From: a virus
Length of the DNA stretch: 64,000 nt
IMG/VR virus record: IMGVR_UViG_3300045988_131014
Location: 1-64,000 of that record
Reading direction: 5' to 3' (one strand)
Shown: piece by piece, positions 9,237 through 18,445 of the stretch
Layout of the letters: each line of letters opens with the position of its first letter
How positions within the stretch are numbered: position 1 is the stretch's first letter
Translations under genes and position numbers: made by a program
The notes under the pieces: model-generated
Told to the model about the DNA's origin: nothing
The model's database searches: none
Seen by the model: only the letters and a program-made list of their open reading frames with translations

Positions 9237-10069
9237 AAATAAAAAATCCCATACCGAAGTATGAGATCCTTGCTTAATATGAGCTGAGATATTTGACTCA
9301 ATACACTAACATCTACTATGGTTGGACACAGTTTATCACACAAGCGATTAACTTGTAGTTAGCAACAACACCGATTTTGACATAATCGGCAAACTCTTAC
9401 CACAAAGTATTATAGATTTTCTTTCTGCACATTCTTCCTTGCGAGATTCATAGGTTGCAGCCTATTAGAGTTGTACGTACTTGTACTTTCTCATATAACA
9501 CCTTGCGAGTGCTATATGTCACCATATTACAGGTGAATAAGTTGTTTTTCTCTTTGCGGTCGCACACACTTTTGCTGTTTTGTAATTTTCTTTTAAATAT
9601 TTTTACCTAAAATAATTTGATTTCTTTCAAAAGTATGTACTTATTATGGACGATGAGGTGTACATTTGATCATCCGTACCTTTTGAGTACAGCCCAATCA
9701 TCACCATCCTACTCGGATTGCGATCTCCTTGCTTTTTGATTCCATCCCTGTTTTTCAACTTAAGAGATATTACCAAAATCCTATCAGCGGTTATACTTGC
9801 GATATTCCCACCAATAGTACACAAATCATACCCACATTTCTGCGTTACTACAGTGCCTATTTCAAGACACCCACCAATCAACCATATTCGCCAACAGTTG
9901 TCCTTGAATAGAAGGTTGGGCGTAGATTTTATGTGTTTTCCGTTAAACTGTATTTCACAGTCGCAGCCTTATAATACGATAAGAACCACTTTATACATGT
10001 CGCCATGCTTATTTTTGAGATTTAACATCTCCTGATCCGAAACCAACCAGTCCTACAAAAGTAGAAAAG
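9237..10069. ncRNA. About 830 nt non-coding spacer between tRNA-Pro and tRNA-Asn (candidate large structured RNA)
   Basis: No protein-like ORF in six frames; composition differs from the coding parts; multiple hairpins; ends with a conserved 19-mer also found at 6061. Confidence 0.35.
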
Positions 10070-10142
10070 CTCTTCCAGTAAGACTCGAACTTACGACTTT
10101 CGCATTAACAGTGCGATGCTCTACCAACTGAGCTATAAGAGA
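10070..10142 (-). tRNA. tRNA-Asn (anticodon GTT), no encoded CCA
   Basis: Reverse strand D arm TAGCTCAGTTGGTAGAGCA, anticodon stem TCGCA/TGCGA with loop CTGTTAA, T arm GTAAG-TTCGAGT-CTTAC; acceptor has a C4-A69 mismatch. Confidence 0.8.
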
Positions 10143-10679
10143 TTAAAAGAATAATCGGCAACCATACTACAAGAATTGTAGCACAGTCACCGACACATAT
10201 AAGAAGAGGAGTACAATATGAATATGTACCAATCTTAGAAATGATTTTTAGAATTGTTCTGTTTGAAAACGCCTTCGAATCGTTCCCCATAGGTTTGATT
10301 CCTATATATCTTCCACAGAAATGCATGGTACAGTCTCGCTTGATGTACTTAACTGGTTTTATCACACATGCACAAGTTTTTCATATGGCATCACATCAAC
10401 TAACTTATAGCCATATGTTAGACGAACTTTATACTATTATATTCTCTGTTTTATCAGCCAAGAAAAGCTGATTTCATTCTAAATCTGCAATGCCACTCGA
10501 AAGAGTAGCAGAGCAGACATACAAAGATTGTCGGTTTGTTTCTTCCATGACAATCGTTTTTGTATCATATTTTTGTAAATATTTCACTATATCTACATTT
10601 AAGAAAAACGAATTTTTTTTAAAAATGTGCAAAAAAGCCTTATAAATCAATGGTTTTAGCGAATGAGTTTTTCGAACAT

Positions 10680-11456
10680 TTATGCGTTTCTCAAGGTTTT
10701 CATACGTTCTTTTGCCTTATTTTTATCTATTTCCTTTGCACATTTTTCACAATATAACTTTGGTCTTCCAGTCTTTGTTATTCTTATTTTTCTTCCACAA
10801 CCAGAATTTGCACACTGCTTATAACCTTTTTTAAAATTCCCTATGTACTGATTACCAATATTCTCAAATTGAGTTACCTTATAAGCAATATCATCATCAG
10901 TGTCTCCTAAATCTATTTTGATATTAAGATTATTCACCTTTTTCCCAAAATGAATATAACCATTACTATATAACTCATGCAATAATTCATTCTTTTTATC
11001 AGATGAGAGAGTAACATTGGCAAGTTTAAATACTTCTGAAAGACCTTTTGAGTCTTTTTTATTTATCCATCCTTCACTATTCATATATCTTGCAATAGCA
11101 AATAGTGTAAACATAAATTTCTTTTGGCGATCATTTGGAAGAGACTCCACGACTTTTAATTCTTTTTCATAGATAGGAACATACTCAAGTTCCCTAAAGA
11201 GATTTTTTGATTCTGAATCATATAAATCAGTACATGTCTTTTTGATTTTATTGGCATATCTATATTCCTGATATCCTTCAATATTGAATTCAAGCATCTT
11301 TGCTTTGACTGTATCAATTAGAATATTTGGATCTTTACCTCTATCAAAATAATACTTAGCAATCAATGTTATCAAATATCCATTCGATATATTGTCTGGT
11401 TTATTACCAGACACTAATATCTCTCTAATATATTCTTTTTCATTCAGTATATACAA
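10680..11456 (-). CDS. hypothetical protein with C-terminal zinc ribbon
   Basis: 258-aa ORF overlapping the 852-aa gene by 17 nt; C-terminal CANSGC..YCEKC. Confidence 0.65.
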   Translation of the reverse strand: MYILNEKEYIREILVSGNKPDNISNGYLITLIAKYYFDRGKDPNILIDTVKAKMLEFNIEGYQEYRYANKIKKTCTDLYDSESKNLFRELEYVPIYEKELKVVESLPNDRQKKFMFTLFAIARYMNSEGWINKKDSKGLSEVFKLANVTLSSDKKNELLHELYSNGYIHFGKKVNNLNIKIDLGDTDDDIAYKVTQFENIGNQYIGNFKKGYKQCANSGCGRKIRITKTGRPKLYCEKCAKEIDKNKAKERMKTLRNA

Positions 11457-13998
11457 CTTCTTCCTCCATTTCTTCTAAACGCTTAATAATTAGTTCTCCA
11501 ATACAATCCCAACAAAACTGCCTATTACCTTTATATCCATAAGTCATATCAAGAATGATATTCATACGTTCATCATCATTTGGACATATTTCTTCGGCTT
11601 TCTTCTTAAACATTTCAACCATACTTGCACGTTGATAATATTTGTCGAATTCGTCCTGCTTATCAAAGATATCAGTTCTATTTAACTGTATTCCTTTTTC
11701 TTTTACCTGTTTCTTTTTATATTCTTTAATACATTCACAATAATATTGTTCAAGTTCTCGCAGAGCTTGTCTGTGTTCTTCAGTACAACGTCTTTTTACT
11801 TTTAGTATATTATAATCAAATGAAGAGTCCTTATGTAGCTGAGACTTATATCCGTCTAACTGACTTTCAACATATTTGCAAATTTGGTTCATAGAACAAT
11901 TTCCTGTACCAACTGGCATTTTTCTTTCGTACCAAAATAGAAAATCTTCTTGTTCTTTTGTAAGACTATCTTTGTTATACAAATCCTTGATAGAACATTT
12001 GTAGATAGCATAGCACTTAGCATTACTTTCTTTGATATACTGTTTATATTGTCTTTTAGTCTCATCATAAACATAAATCATAAAGTATGGCTTTCTGTAT
12101 GCGCAAAGCGATTGCAAATATCTATTCTCTCCGCAAGCACCTAAATTGTACCAACTACTTTCCATTGGTTTTGCAATGATTCCCTTAATTTTGTCCAACT
12201 CATTTTGTTGATAGAGCTGACCACATTCTATTCTATATTCTAATTCTTTATATTCAGATGAATCTTTCTCAAAATGAGATTGAACTTCCATCATAGATGT
12301 GACATAATTAGTGATTGTTCCAACTTGATTTCCCATACCTGCTTTATTTGTTTTTTTAACAGCAGCTTCAGTAACAACAATTTTTTCTGCATTTCGCTGA
12401 ACACATTCGATAGCAGGTAAATATCTATAACGTCTTTTCATAACTGGATTATTAGTAGAAAAGTTCAGATCCGAGTCCCAATCTTCCCCATTCTCAGCCA
12501 TACAAAATGAATCCCAACCGTTTATAATCATGATAGTATTCATATATTGATACCAATACTGACATTCATCCGAATTATTGATATTACACATTCGAATATT
12601 ATTATGACTTGTCATTGGGCTTCTAAAGAGTACAATTTCATCTTCATTTTTATCAATCCAAAATTTTGAATAACATTCATTTGCTTTTAATAAACCTGTA
12701 ACTTCCAACCCACAAAGAGATTGCATAAGAGCAAATGGATCGCCACTTGCAATCTGATAGTTACCTTTTACAAATAATTTACCAATTTTCGCATCATTCA
12801 TTTTTTTCTTGATATATCTATGTACAGAGTCGATTATATATGGATCTCCCAACATATATTCGCTTGTATATAAAGCACGTTGCCATGAATTTACATCAGT
12901 ATTTTCGTTAATACCAAGAAATTTAATAGTAGAAGAGTAGTCACCACACATAGCATCTTTTAAATAGTTGATTGTTGGTGCGCACAATTCCTCAACATCT
13001 TCGTCTGTAAATTCATAAGACTGAAGATATTGGTAATTCAATTCTCTCTGTTCTTCAAGAACATGCGGTGAAATTTTTGTTACAGAAAATCCGTATCCAC
13101 ATTCCTTATATGCATTCACATATTGCTCAATATTATCATACGCTCCCCATAATTTAAGAGAAGACTCTGTGACAATCATTTCACATTGACGAATATCTTG
13201 CATGTTTCCCCAAATATCTTCAATCATATAATTACCATTATTGTATTTTTCAATAAATTCATAAATAGGGAACGGATAGAGCATTCCTTTGAGCCATGCG
13301 TTTCTCAAGCACACACCGCCAGGAATATAATCAAGACCTAAAGATTCAGCTACTCGCTGCATATATTGTATAGTACAAAGATTAAAACCGTCAGATACAT
13401 TGTTTTCAAGAGCTTTATCTTTAATAATTTCTCTTGTCGGTTCTTTTGAATCGCCACCATCATCAAGTGATATAACATCTGCAAAATATTGTGTAATACA
13501 ATCTTTTACAACCAAAATTCCATGTGGATCACAAATCGGTTGTGATGCAGAACATGTTAATGCTTTGTAAGCTTCGTATTTTGCAGGAACTAATTTAGTA
13601 TCTGGATTTCTCTTGCATTCACATAATTCATTTAATTTGTCAATGTACTGTGAATTGCAGAAGAGAAGAGTATTATTTTTTAATCCACCAGTAGTTCCGA
13701 CAAAGCGTTTATAATTAACACCATTTATGATAACACCTTTTTTACCAGTCGCTCTTGCAAAATCAGATTTTTTATCAACAACTACCTGCATAAATATCTT
13801 TGAAAAATCAATACTCCAAATAGGTTTTTCTAAAATCTTATTTGCCATTATGCGGAATTCTTGGGCTTCAAACAGTGATATGAGTTCCTGATATTTAAAA
13901 GCCTCTTCTTTGGTAATCTGTAAATCCCAATTAGAATACTTTAGTTTATTTGTTCCAATTTTAAAAATCTCATATTGAGGTACGCTAATACCAGCCAT
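11440..13998 (-). CDS. candidate single-subunit two-barrel RNA polymerase (YonO / RdRp-like)
   Basis: 852 aa. FRSPMTSH (residues 458-465) followed about 40 aa later by DWDSD (codons at 12469..12483). This mirrors beta-prime RAPTLH..NADFDGD and eukaryotic RdRp RNPCLHPGD..DLDGD. Confidence 0.55.
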   Translation of the reverse strand: MAGISVPQYEIFKIGTNKLKYSNWDLQITKEEAFKYQELISLFEAQEFRIMANKILEKPIWSIDFSKIFMQVVVDKKSDFARATGKKGVIINGVNYKRFVGTTGGLKNNTLLFCNSQYIDKLNELCECKRNPDTKLVPAKYEAYKALTCSASQPICDPHGILVVKDCITQYFADVISLDDGGDSKEPTREIIKDKALENNVSDGFNLCTIQYMQRVAESLGLDYIPGGVCLRNAWLKGMLYPFPIYEFIEKYNNGNYMIEDIWGNMQDIRQCEMIVTESSLKLWGAYDNIEQYVNAYKECGYGFSVTKISPHVLEEQRELNYQYLQSYEFTDEDVEELCAPTINYLKDAMCGDYSSTIKFLGINENTDVNSWQRALYTSEYMLGDPYIIDSVHRYIKKKMNDAKIGKLFVKGNYQIASGDPFALMQSLCGLEVTGLLKANECYSKFWIDKNEDEIVLFRSPMTSHNNIRMCNINNSDECQYWYQYMNTIMIINGWDSFCMAENGEDWDSDLNFSTNNPVMKRRYRYLPAIECVQRNAEKIVVTEAAVKKTNKAGMGNQVGTITNYVTSMMEVQSHFEKDSSEYKELEYRIECGQLYQQNELDKIKGIIAKPMESSWYNLGACGENRYLQSLCAYRKPYFMIYVYDETKRQYKQYIKESNAKCYAIYKCSIKDLYNKDSLTKEQEDFLFWYERKMPVGTGNCSMNQICKYVESQLDGYKSQLHKDSSFDYNILKVKRRCTEEHRQALRELEQYYCECIKEYKKKQVKEKGIQLNRTDIFDKQDEFDKYYQRASMVEMFKKKAEEICPNDDERMNIILDMTYGYKGNRQFCWDCIGELIIKRLEEMEEEVVYTE

Positions 13999-14062
13999 AA
14001 ATCCTCCTTTTATCTTTTATTTATTATGTTTCACTTATATATTCTCCAAATGAAATTTCTAT

Positions 14063-14374
14063 TTACTTACTTTCAGATTTTCCTTCGTTGAAAGCTACAA
14101 TTCCAAACATATCAACAGAAATTATCAATCCTATTGTTCTAATACATAAATTGTCAACCATGATTGCGAAAATAAAAATGAAAGCAATTGATATAAATGT
14201 TAGGAATTCATATATTAACTTTTTATGAAATCTCTTTTTATCAATATAATGCTGTTTATCCTTAAATTTCACATACCAGAAATCTTGTGTGTTGCAAAAC
14301 TGAGGTAATTTATCTTTTAGTTTATTTACAATTTTATTCATCATAGTCCTCCATTTCTTTGTATTTAAATCCAA
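14063..14374 (-). CDS. hypothetical membrane protein
   Basis: 103-aa ORF with two hydrophobic segments (FLTFISIAFIFIFAIMV, GLIISVDMFGIVAF). Confidence 0.6.
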   Translation of the reverse strand: MDLNTKKWRTMMNKIVNKLKDKLPQFCNTQDFWYVKFKDKQHYIDKKRFHKKLIYEFLTFISIAFIFIFAIMVDNLCIRTIGLIISVDMFGIVAFNEGKSESK

Positions 14375-14543
14375 GCCAATTAATTACTTTGTCTGTGCCA
14401 ATACATCCAATACAGTCCTCATGCATATATTCTCCGTTTTCATTATCAAGATAGCGTTCACCTTGATAAATCCCTTCTCCGCAATAGCAGCATAAATATT
14501 TTGTGGTACTAATTGAATAACGGTAATAACCATTACAATGCAT
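14334..14543 (-). CDS. hypothetical Cys-rich (zinc-binding-like) protein
   Basis: CCYCGEG..HEDCIGC pattern and an acidic tail. No SD of its own; overlaps an alternative-frame ORF that has a strong SD. Confidence 0.45.
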   Translation of the reverse strand: MHCNGYYRYSISTTKYLCCYCGEGIYQGERYLDNENGEYMHEDCIGCIGTDKVINWLGFKYKEMEDYDE

Positions 14544-14698
14544 AACACAAAATTAAATATCCTCTTTAATATCTTCAATTTCTTCATATACAATTCCTCC
14601 TTTAAAATTAGATATATTCATTTTACTACCAAAAGAACAATAGTGCAATAATTACATTTTCATAAAGATAGAATAATACATCAAAGGAGGAATTAAAT

Positions 14699-14923
14699 AT
14701 GATACAAGAAAACGAAATACCAAAATATCTCAAATCAACAGAGAGCAATATCTCAAAGAGTAATCGCAAATCAAAACACAAACATCAATATGAAGAATGT
14801 CTTATTCAATATAAATGAAATTTTAAAAGTAACGTATTTACTCAAGAAGAAAAAGAACGTATACATACTTCATTAAGCAGTTACTGTACTATCTGTGGAA
14901 AAATTGGAGGAATAATTAAATGA
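14699..14923 (+). CDS. small protein with in-frame TGA (14816..14818)
   Basis: Strong SD AAAGGAGGAAT. 39 codons, then TGA, then 34 more open codons containing YCTICGK. Confidence 0.4.
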
Positions 14924-14995
14924 AAGAGTAAAACAAAAAATAAGAGTTTAATTAAAATCATTGTAATTGAATATCATAGTAAATGAACTATCTGC

Positions 14996-15068
14996 AAATT
15001 TGTACATTTTTGAGCACATTTTTTCTCTACACTTGGGGAGTGTACGTGCATAAATTTGTACATTTTTG
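14996..15068 (+). repeat. two direct copies of AAATTTGTACATTTTTG, 56 bp apart (iteron/operator-like)
   Basis: Exact 17-mer at 14996..15012 and 15052..15068 in the divergent intergenic region; a third TGTAC lies in between. Confidence 0.7.
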
Positions 15069-15157
15069 CACCATGGTTATTCATAATCATTGATTTTTAA
15101 GTGTTTTACTCTTCTGCACTCCTGTTGGAGAATATATAAGCGAAAGGAAGTGAACAG

Positions 15158-16105
15158 ATGCAATTATGGCTAAGTGAAAAAATATATAAATCAGACAAGC
15201 TTTCTATATATGGCTTAGCAGCCTATTGTGCCATAAAAACCCTTTTGCCTAATGAAGATGTAAAAGAAATATGTACATCTTGTGAAATACTAGCATATCA
15301 GCTTACAAAATCATTAGACTATCCACGTAGATTTTATACTGGTTTGAAAACTGGCTACGATGAGTTAATTGATCAAGGTATTATAAAGCGAGTTAAATCA
15401 AAAGGTAAATTTGACATAATAGATTGTTCTGATCTTTTTATCACAGAAGAAGGTGAATATTTTACAATTATTACCTACGAAGAGATTTTAACGATATGTC
15501 GGCTAAAGGATGTTAATACTCTTCTATTGTTGAAATACTTTATCTTCCTTATTGGAACTATCAGTTCAACGATTGATGTATATATAGACGCATATCAGCA
15601 CAAATGTCGAGTTGTTGGTAATCTTACTATAGAATACATATCTCAACTTTCAGGTATTTCAGAAAGATCCATTATTGATTACAACAAAATATTAGAAAGC
15701 ATTGGTCTTATTTATATTTATAGGCAGAATGATTTTATGATCAATAAAGATTCATGTGAAATAACTCGTTTACCAAATGTATACGGCAGACCTGAAGATC
15801 AGTTGTATATTGACGCTTTTGCTATTAGCCAACGAAAATATAAAGATTCATATAAATATGTGGAGAATAATATAAAGAAGGCTAATGCCAAAAGACGACT
15901 TGCTCAAATGTATAATCAAATCTGTAAAAATAAAGATTTTAAATATTCTGAAGAAGATATCCAACAAGTCTATGCATATGTCTTGCAAGAAAATCACAAA
16001 TATGAAGCAACTTACAAAAAGAATAATGATGAGTCATGTTTGGAAAAGATTCGTGATATACGAGTATTTGATAAATATGACTTCATAACAAAGGAGGAAA
16101 ATTAA
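15158..16105 (+). CDS. hypothetical protein, possible winged-helix DNA-binding / replication-initiator-like
   Basis: 315-aa ORF, first gene of the forward block. HTH-like LTIEYISQLSGISERSIIDYNKILESIGLI. Confidence 0.6.
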   Translation: MQLWLSEKIYKSDKLSIYGLAAYCAIKTLLPNEDVKEICTSCEILAYQLTKSLDYPRRFYTGLKTGYDELIDQGIIKRVKSKGKFDIIDCSDLFITEEGEYFTIITYEEILTICRLKDVNTLLLLKYFIFLIGTISSTIDVYIDAYQHKCRVVGNLTIEYISQLSGISERSIIDYNKILESIGLIYIYRQNDFMINKDSCEITRLPNVYGRPEDQLYIDAFAISQRKYKDSYKYVENNIKKANAKRRLAQMYNQICKNKDFKYSEEDIQQVYAYVLQENHKYEATYKKNNDESCLEKIRDIRVFDKYDFITKEEN

Positions 16106-16107
16106 AT

Positions 16108-16335
16108 ATGGGAAGAATGGTAAAAATCGCAGTAACAAATGAGATAGGTGACTCAAATCAATTATATAAAATTGGTACAAAATGGTTTAAGAACAAAGAA
16201 CATTATATCAATACACTAAAATCGTCCGACCTATCATATCAGACCGTATTAGACTTATTGGAGTCAGATAAAAATTGTTTATTTTCTGATAATGTTAAAA
16301 CAAAGATAATTAAATTATTAGAAAATGAATTATAA
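16108..16335 (+). CDS. hypothetical protein
   Basis: 75-aa ORF with SD AAGGAGGAAAAT upstream. Confidence 0.65.
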   Translation: MGRMVKIAVTNEIGDSNQLYKIGTKWFKNKEHYINTLKSSDLSYQTVLDLLESDKNCLFSDNVKTKIIKLLENEL

Positions 16336-16431
16336 AACAGAGAATATACATATGTAACCATTAACGCAGCACTCAAAGGAGCTGATGCAAAATGAACAAA
16401 TTATTTTTAAACAGAAAAGGAGAACTAATTA

Positions 16432-16593
16432 ATGAACAGAACAGTAACAATTACATCAAAGAACCATAAATACCAGAATACATACGGAGGAAATATTTGT
16501 GCTTCAGATTTTTGTACTGACTATGAAGGATCTCGAAATATTGCAGATAAGATTTTCGCAGATTGGGTTTTCGATCGCTCATGTGAAAAGTAA
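16432..16593 (+). CDS. hypothetical small protein
   Basis: 53-aa ORF with SD AAAGGAGAAC upstream. Confidence 0.5.
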   Translation: MNRTVTITSKNHKYQNTYGGNICASDFCTDYEGSRNIADKIFADWVFDRSCEK

Positions 16594-16636
16594 ATGAATA
16601 ACAGTATTAGAAGTTATAGAGAAAGGAAAATGAACA

Positions 16637-16939
16637 ATGGCAGATAAAAATATGACAGTTTCAATTGAAGAACAGGAAGTTTGTATCAATATGATGCGTG
16701 ATGAGAAATTTGCAACAATTTATGCTTCAGATTCTACATATATTACTAAATTGGATAGATTGTGTAAGGAAAGCCCTGATATGTACTCTCTCATTCAAGA
16801 TACTGGTAGAGGCAAGAAATATTTATTAAAGGATAAAACATTAATCAGTTTTAGAGCGAAGAAACGTGAACTTACAGATGAACAGAAGAAACAAGTTGCT
16901 GAACGTATGAGAAAATATCAAGCTAGTAAATCTAACTGA
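16637..16939 (+). CDS. hypothetical protein
   Basis: 100-aa ORF with SD GAAAGGAAAA upstream. Confidence 0.65.
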   Translation: MADKNMTVSIEEQEVCINMMRDEKFATIYASDSTYITKLDRLCKESPDMYSLIQDTGRGKKYLLKDKTLISFRAKKRELTDEQKKQVAERMRKYQASKSN

Positions 16940-17125
16940 GATGTCATTTCTAGCCAGAATTTCTAATGTACACCATTGTACAGAAAATTCTACGCCATTC
17001 GGTGAACAAATACCCATCTAAAAATTGTAACTTGAAAATTTAAACAACTGTATTAAAGGAGAATTAAATAACTATATGTGTAGTATGATATTCCTGAAAA
17101 TGCATATTCGGGACAGTATAATAAA

Positions 17126-17329
17126 ATGATCAAAATTGTAAACAATAATGATGTTACTGTTAATGTTAATATTTCTATTAAACAATACGATAAGGATGGA
17201 TTTTATATTAGACAAAACACAAATGATTATATAGTAAATAAAAATACTTATATTATTGCATTAATGGAATATAATAATGGACGTGTAATAGATTTTAATA
17301 ATCCAATACAATATGACGAACAGTTTTAA
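17126..17329 (+). CDS. hypothetical protein
   Basis: 67-aa ORF whose ATG overlaps the TGA of an SD-preceded 17-codon leader ORF (17076..17129), an ATGA coupling. Confidence 0.5.
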   Translation: MIKIVNNNDVTVNVNISIKQYDKDGFYIRQNTNDYIVNKNTYIIALMEYNNGRVIDFNNPIQYDEQF

Positions 17330-17335
17330 ATATCT

Positions 17336-17617
17336 TTGAGAAGTGTAAATAGAGCAGATTCTATTGATATAAAATATAATATTTCTGATCAGTATATTGA
17401 TAATGGTTGGATATATAGAGATATTGTTTTTACTTCACCTATTACTAAATCTGCAAAATATTCTGCGTTATGTTATAATAGTAGTGGAGAATTAACGAGA
17501 ATAGTTACTGGTTATGTATATGTCCCTGCTAATGAAAAAGTAAAAAAGAAAGATGGATATAATTTGAATTTTAAAGATAAATATGATATCCAAAAAATAA
17601 ATATATATTTCTATTGA
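17336..17617 (+). CDS. hypothetical protein (TTG start, same frame as 17126..17329)
   Basis: 93-aa ORF two codons after the in-frame TAA of the previous ORF; no SD. Confidence 0.45.
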   Translation: MRSVNRADSIDIKYNISDQYIDNGWIYRDIVFTSPITKSAKYSALCYNSSGELTRIVTGYVYVPANEKVKKKDGYNLNFKDKYDIQKINIYFY

Positions 17618-17634
17618 TCAAGTATTGGTTTATT

Positions 17635-17666
17635 GGACTATGGCTTTGGCTGTAGTCCTTTTTTAT
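17635..17666 (+). terminator. Rho-independent terminator
   Basis: GGACTA..TAGTCC stem followed by TTTTTTATT. Confidence 0.7.
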
Positions 17667-17727
17667 TGCTGTTTTATATATGGATATCTCTATTTAAAAG
17701 ATGATTTGTGCGAACAGTTTTAATATA

Positions 17728-17737
17728 CCCCCCCCCC
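17728..17737 (+). repeat. C10 homopolymer
   Basis: ATACCCCCCCCCCAAT in an otherwise AT-rich intergenic region. Confidence 0.9.
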
Positions 17738-17739
17738 AA

Positions 17740-18095
17740 TATGTTGAGATTCTTGAGTGTGACTTTTGATGGAAAAATCGTTATCGGTGAAAACGCTTAT
17801 ATATAAGGAAGAAAATAGGATTGTGGGTGTGATTTTAGTATGATGGGATTTTGAAATTTAGGGGTTGAAGTGAGTGAAATGCTTGATTTTAGTGGGTTTT
17901 AACGATATGGGATACGATAAGTGGTTTGAGATAGTAAAATTGGGATTTTGCTTGATTTTGTTGGAATTTAATGGATTGGAAAAGGATGGATTTTTAAGTT
18001 GGTGTGTGGATGAACCAGCTATAGGGTTTGCTGCATTTGCAGTCCTATTAGTTAGTTTTAACTACCCCCAGTTAGTCTATAACAATGGCTAATAG
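17740..18095 (+). other. C-depleted, G+T-rich repeat zone (candidate origin / packaging or genome-end region)
   Basis: Only about 4 C in roughly 200 nt (17810-18010). Repeated GGGATTTTG (17845, 17942) and TGATTTTAGT (17830, 17884), and many GGG runs. Confidence 0.4.
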
Positions 18096-18221
18096 ATATA
18101 TATTATACATTCTTTTCAGATAGAACAAATGTTCTATAAAATCAGTTCTAAACCATCTGATCAGAACATATTCGAACAAACGTTTGTATTATGATTCATC
18201 GTATTTTTTGAAAAATGATAC

Positions 18222-18250
18222 TTGACTTTAGACAAGTAACATGATATACT
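18222..18250 (+). promoter_or_regulatory. sigma-A type promoter P1
   Basis: TTGACT - 17 nt - TATACT with a TGA extended -10. Confidence 0.75.
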
Positions 18251-18279
18251 TGTATTAAGTCAAGCGAATAAAATGATAC

Positions 18280-18308
18280 TTGACTTTAGACAAGTATCAT
18301 GATATACT
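18280..18308 (+). promoter_or_regulatory. sigma-A type promoter P2 (repeat of P1)
   Basis: Same roughly 58-nt unit repeated: TTGACT - 17 nt - TATACT. Confidence 0.75.
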
Positions 18309-18381
18309 TGTATTAAGTCAAGCGAATAATTAGGAAGTAACAAGACTTTAAACTTCTTTGCAAGCAATCCTAAAACAATAC

Positions 18382-18410
18382 TTGACTTTAGACAAGTAAC
18401 ATGATATACT
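18382..18410 (+). promoter_or_regulatory. sigma-A type promoter P3 (repeat of P1)
   Basis: Third copy of ATACTTGACTTTAGACAAGTAACATGATATACT. Confidence 0.75.
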
Positions 18411-18445
18411 TTAAACAAGTCAAGCGATTGACTTAAAAATTCCAC

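Noticed and set aside
9627-10471. Track ORFs 9627..9881(-), 9718..10035(+), 9729..9911(+), 10105..10365(-), 10241..10471(+)
   Set aside because: They overlap one another in different frames, overlap tRNA-Asn, have no SD signals, and have non-protein-like sequences.
17126-17617. In-frame TAA between 17126..17329 and 17336..17617 as evidence of TAA recoding
   Set aside because: It is a single case with only two intervening codons. TAA is the dominant genuine stop throughout, so simple adjacency or re-initiation is more likely.
17874-18092. 72-aa ORF in the GT-rich zone
   Set aside because: The open frame is a by-product of extreme C depletion, giving a G, W, F and L-rich product. It has no SD and uses a GTG start.
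18214-18420. Repeats with about 58-100 bp periodicity that could be mistaken for a CRISPR array
   Set aside because: There are only three copies. Each contains a full -35/-10 promoter. The 'spacers' are unequal and partly repeated, and there are no cas genes. These are tandem promoters.
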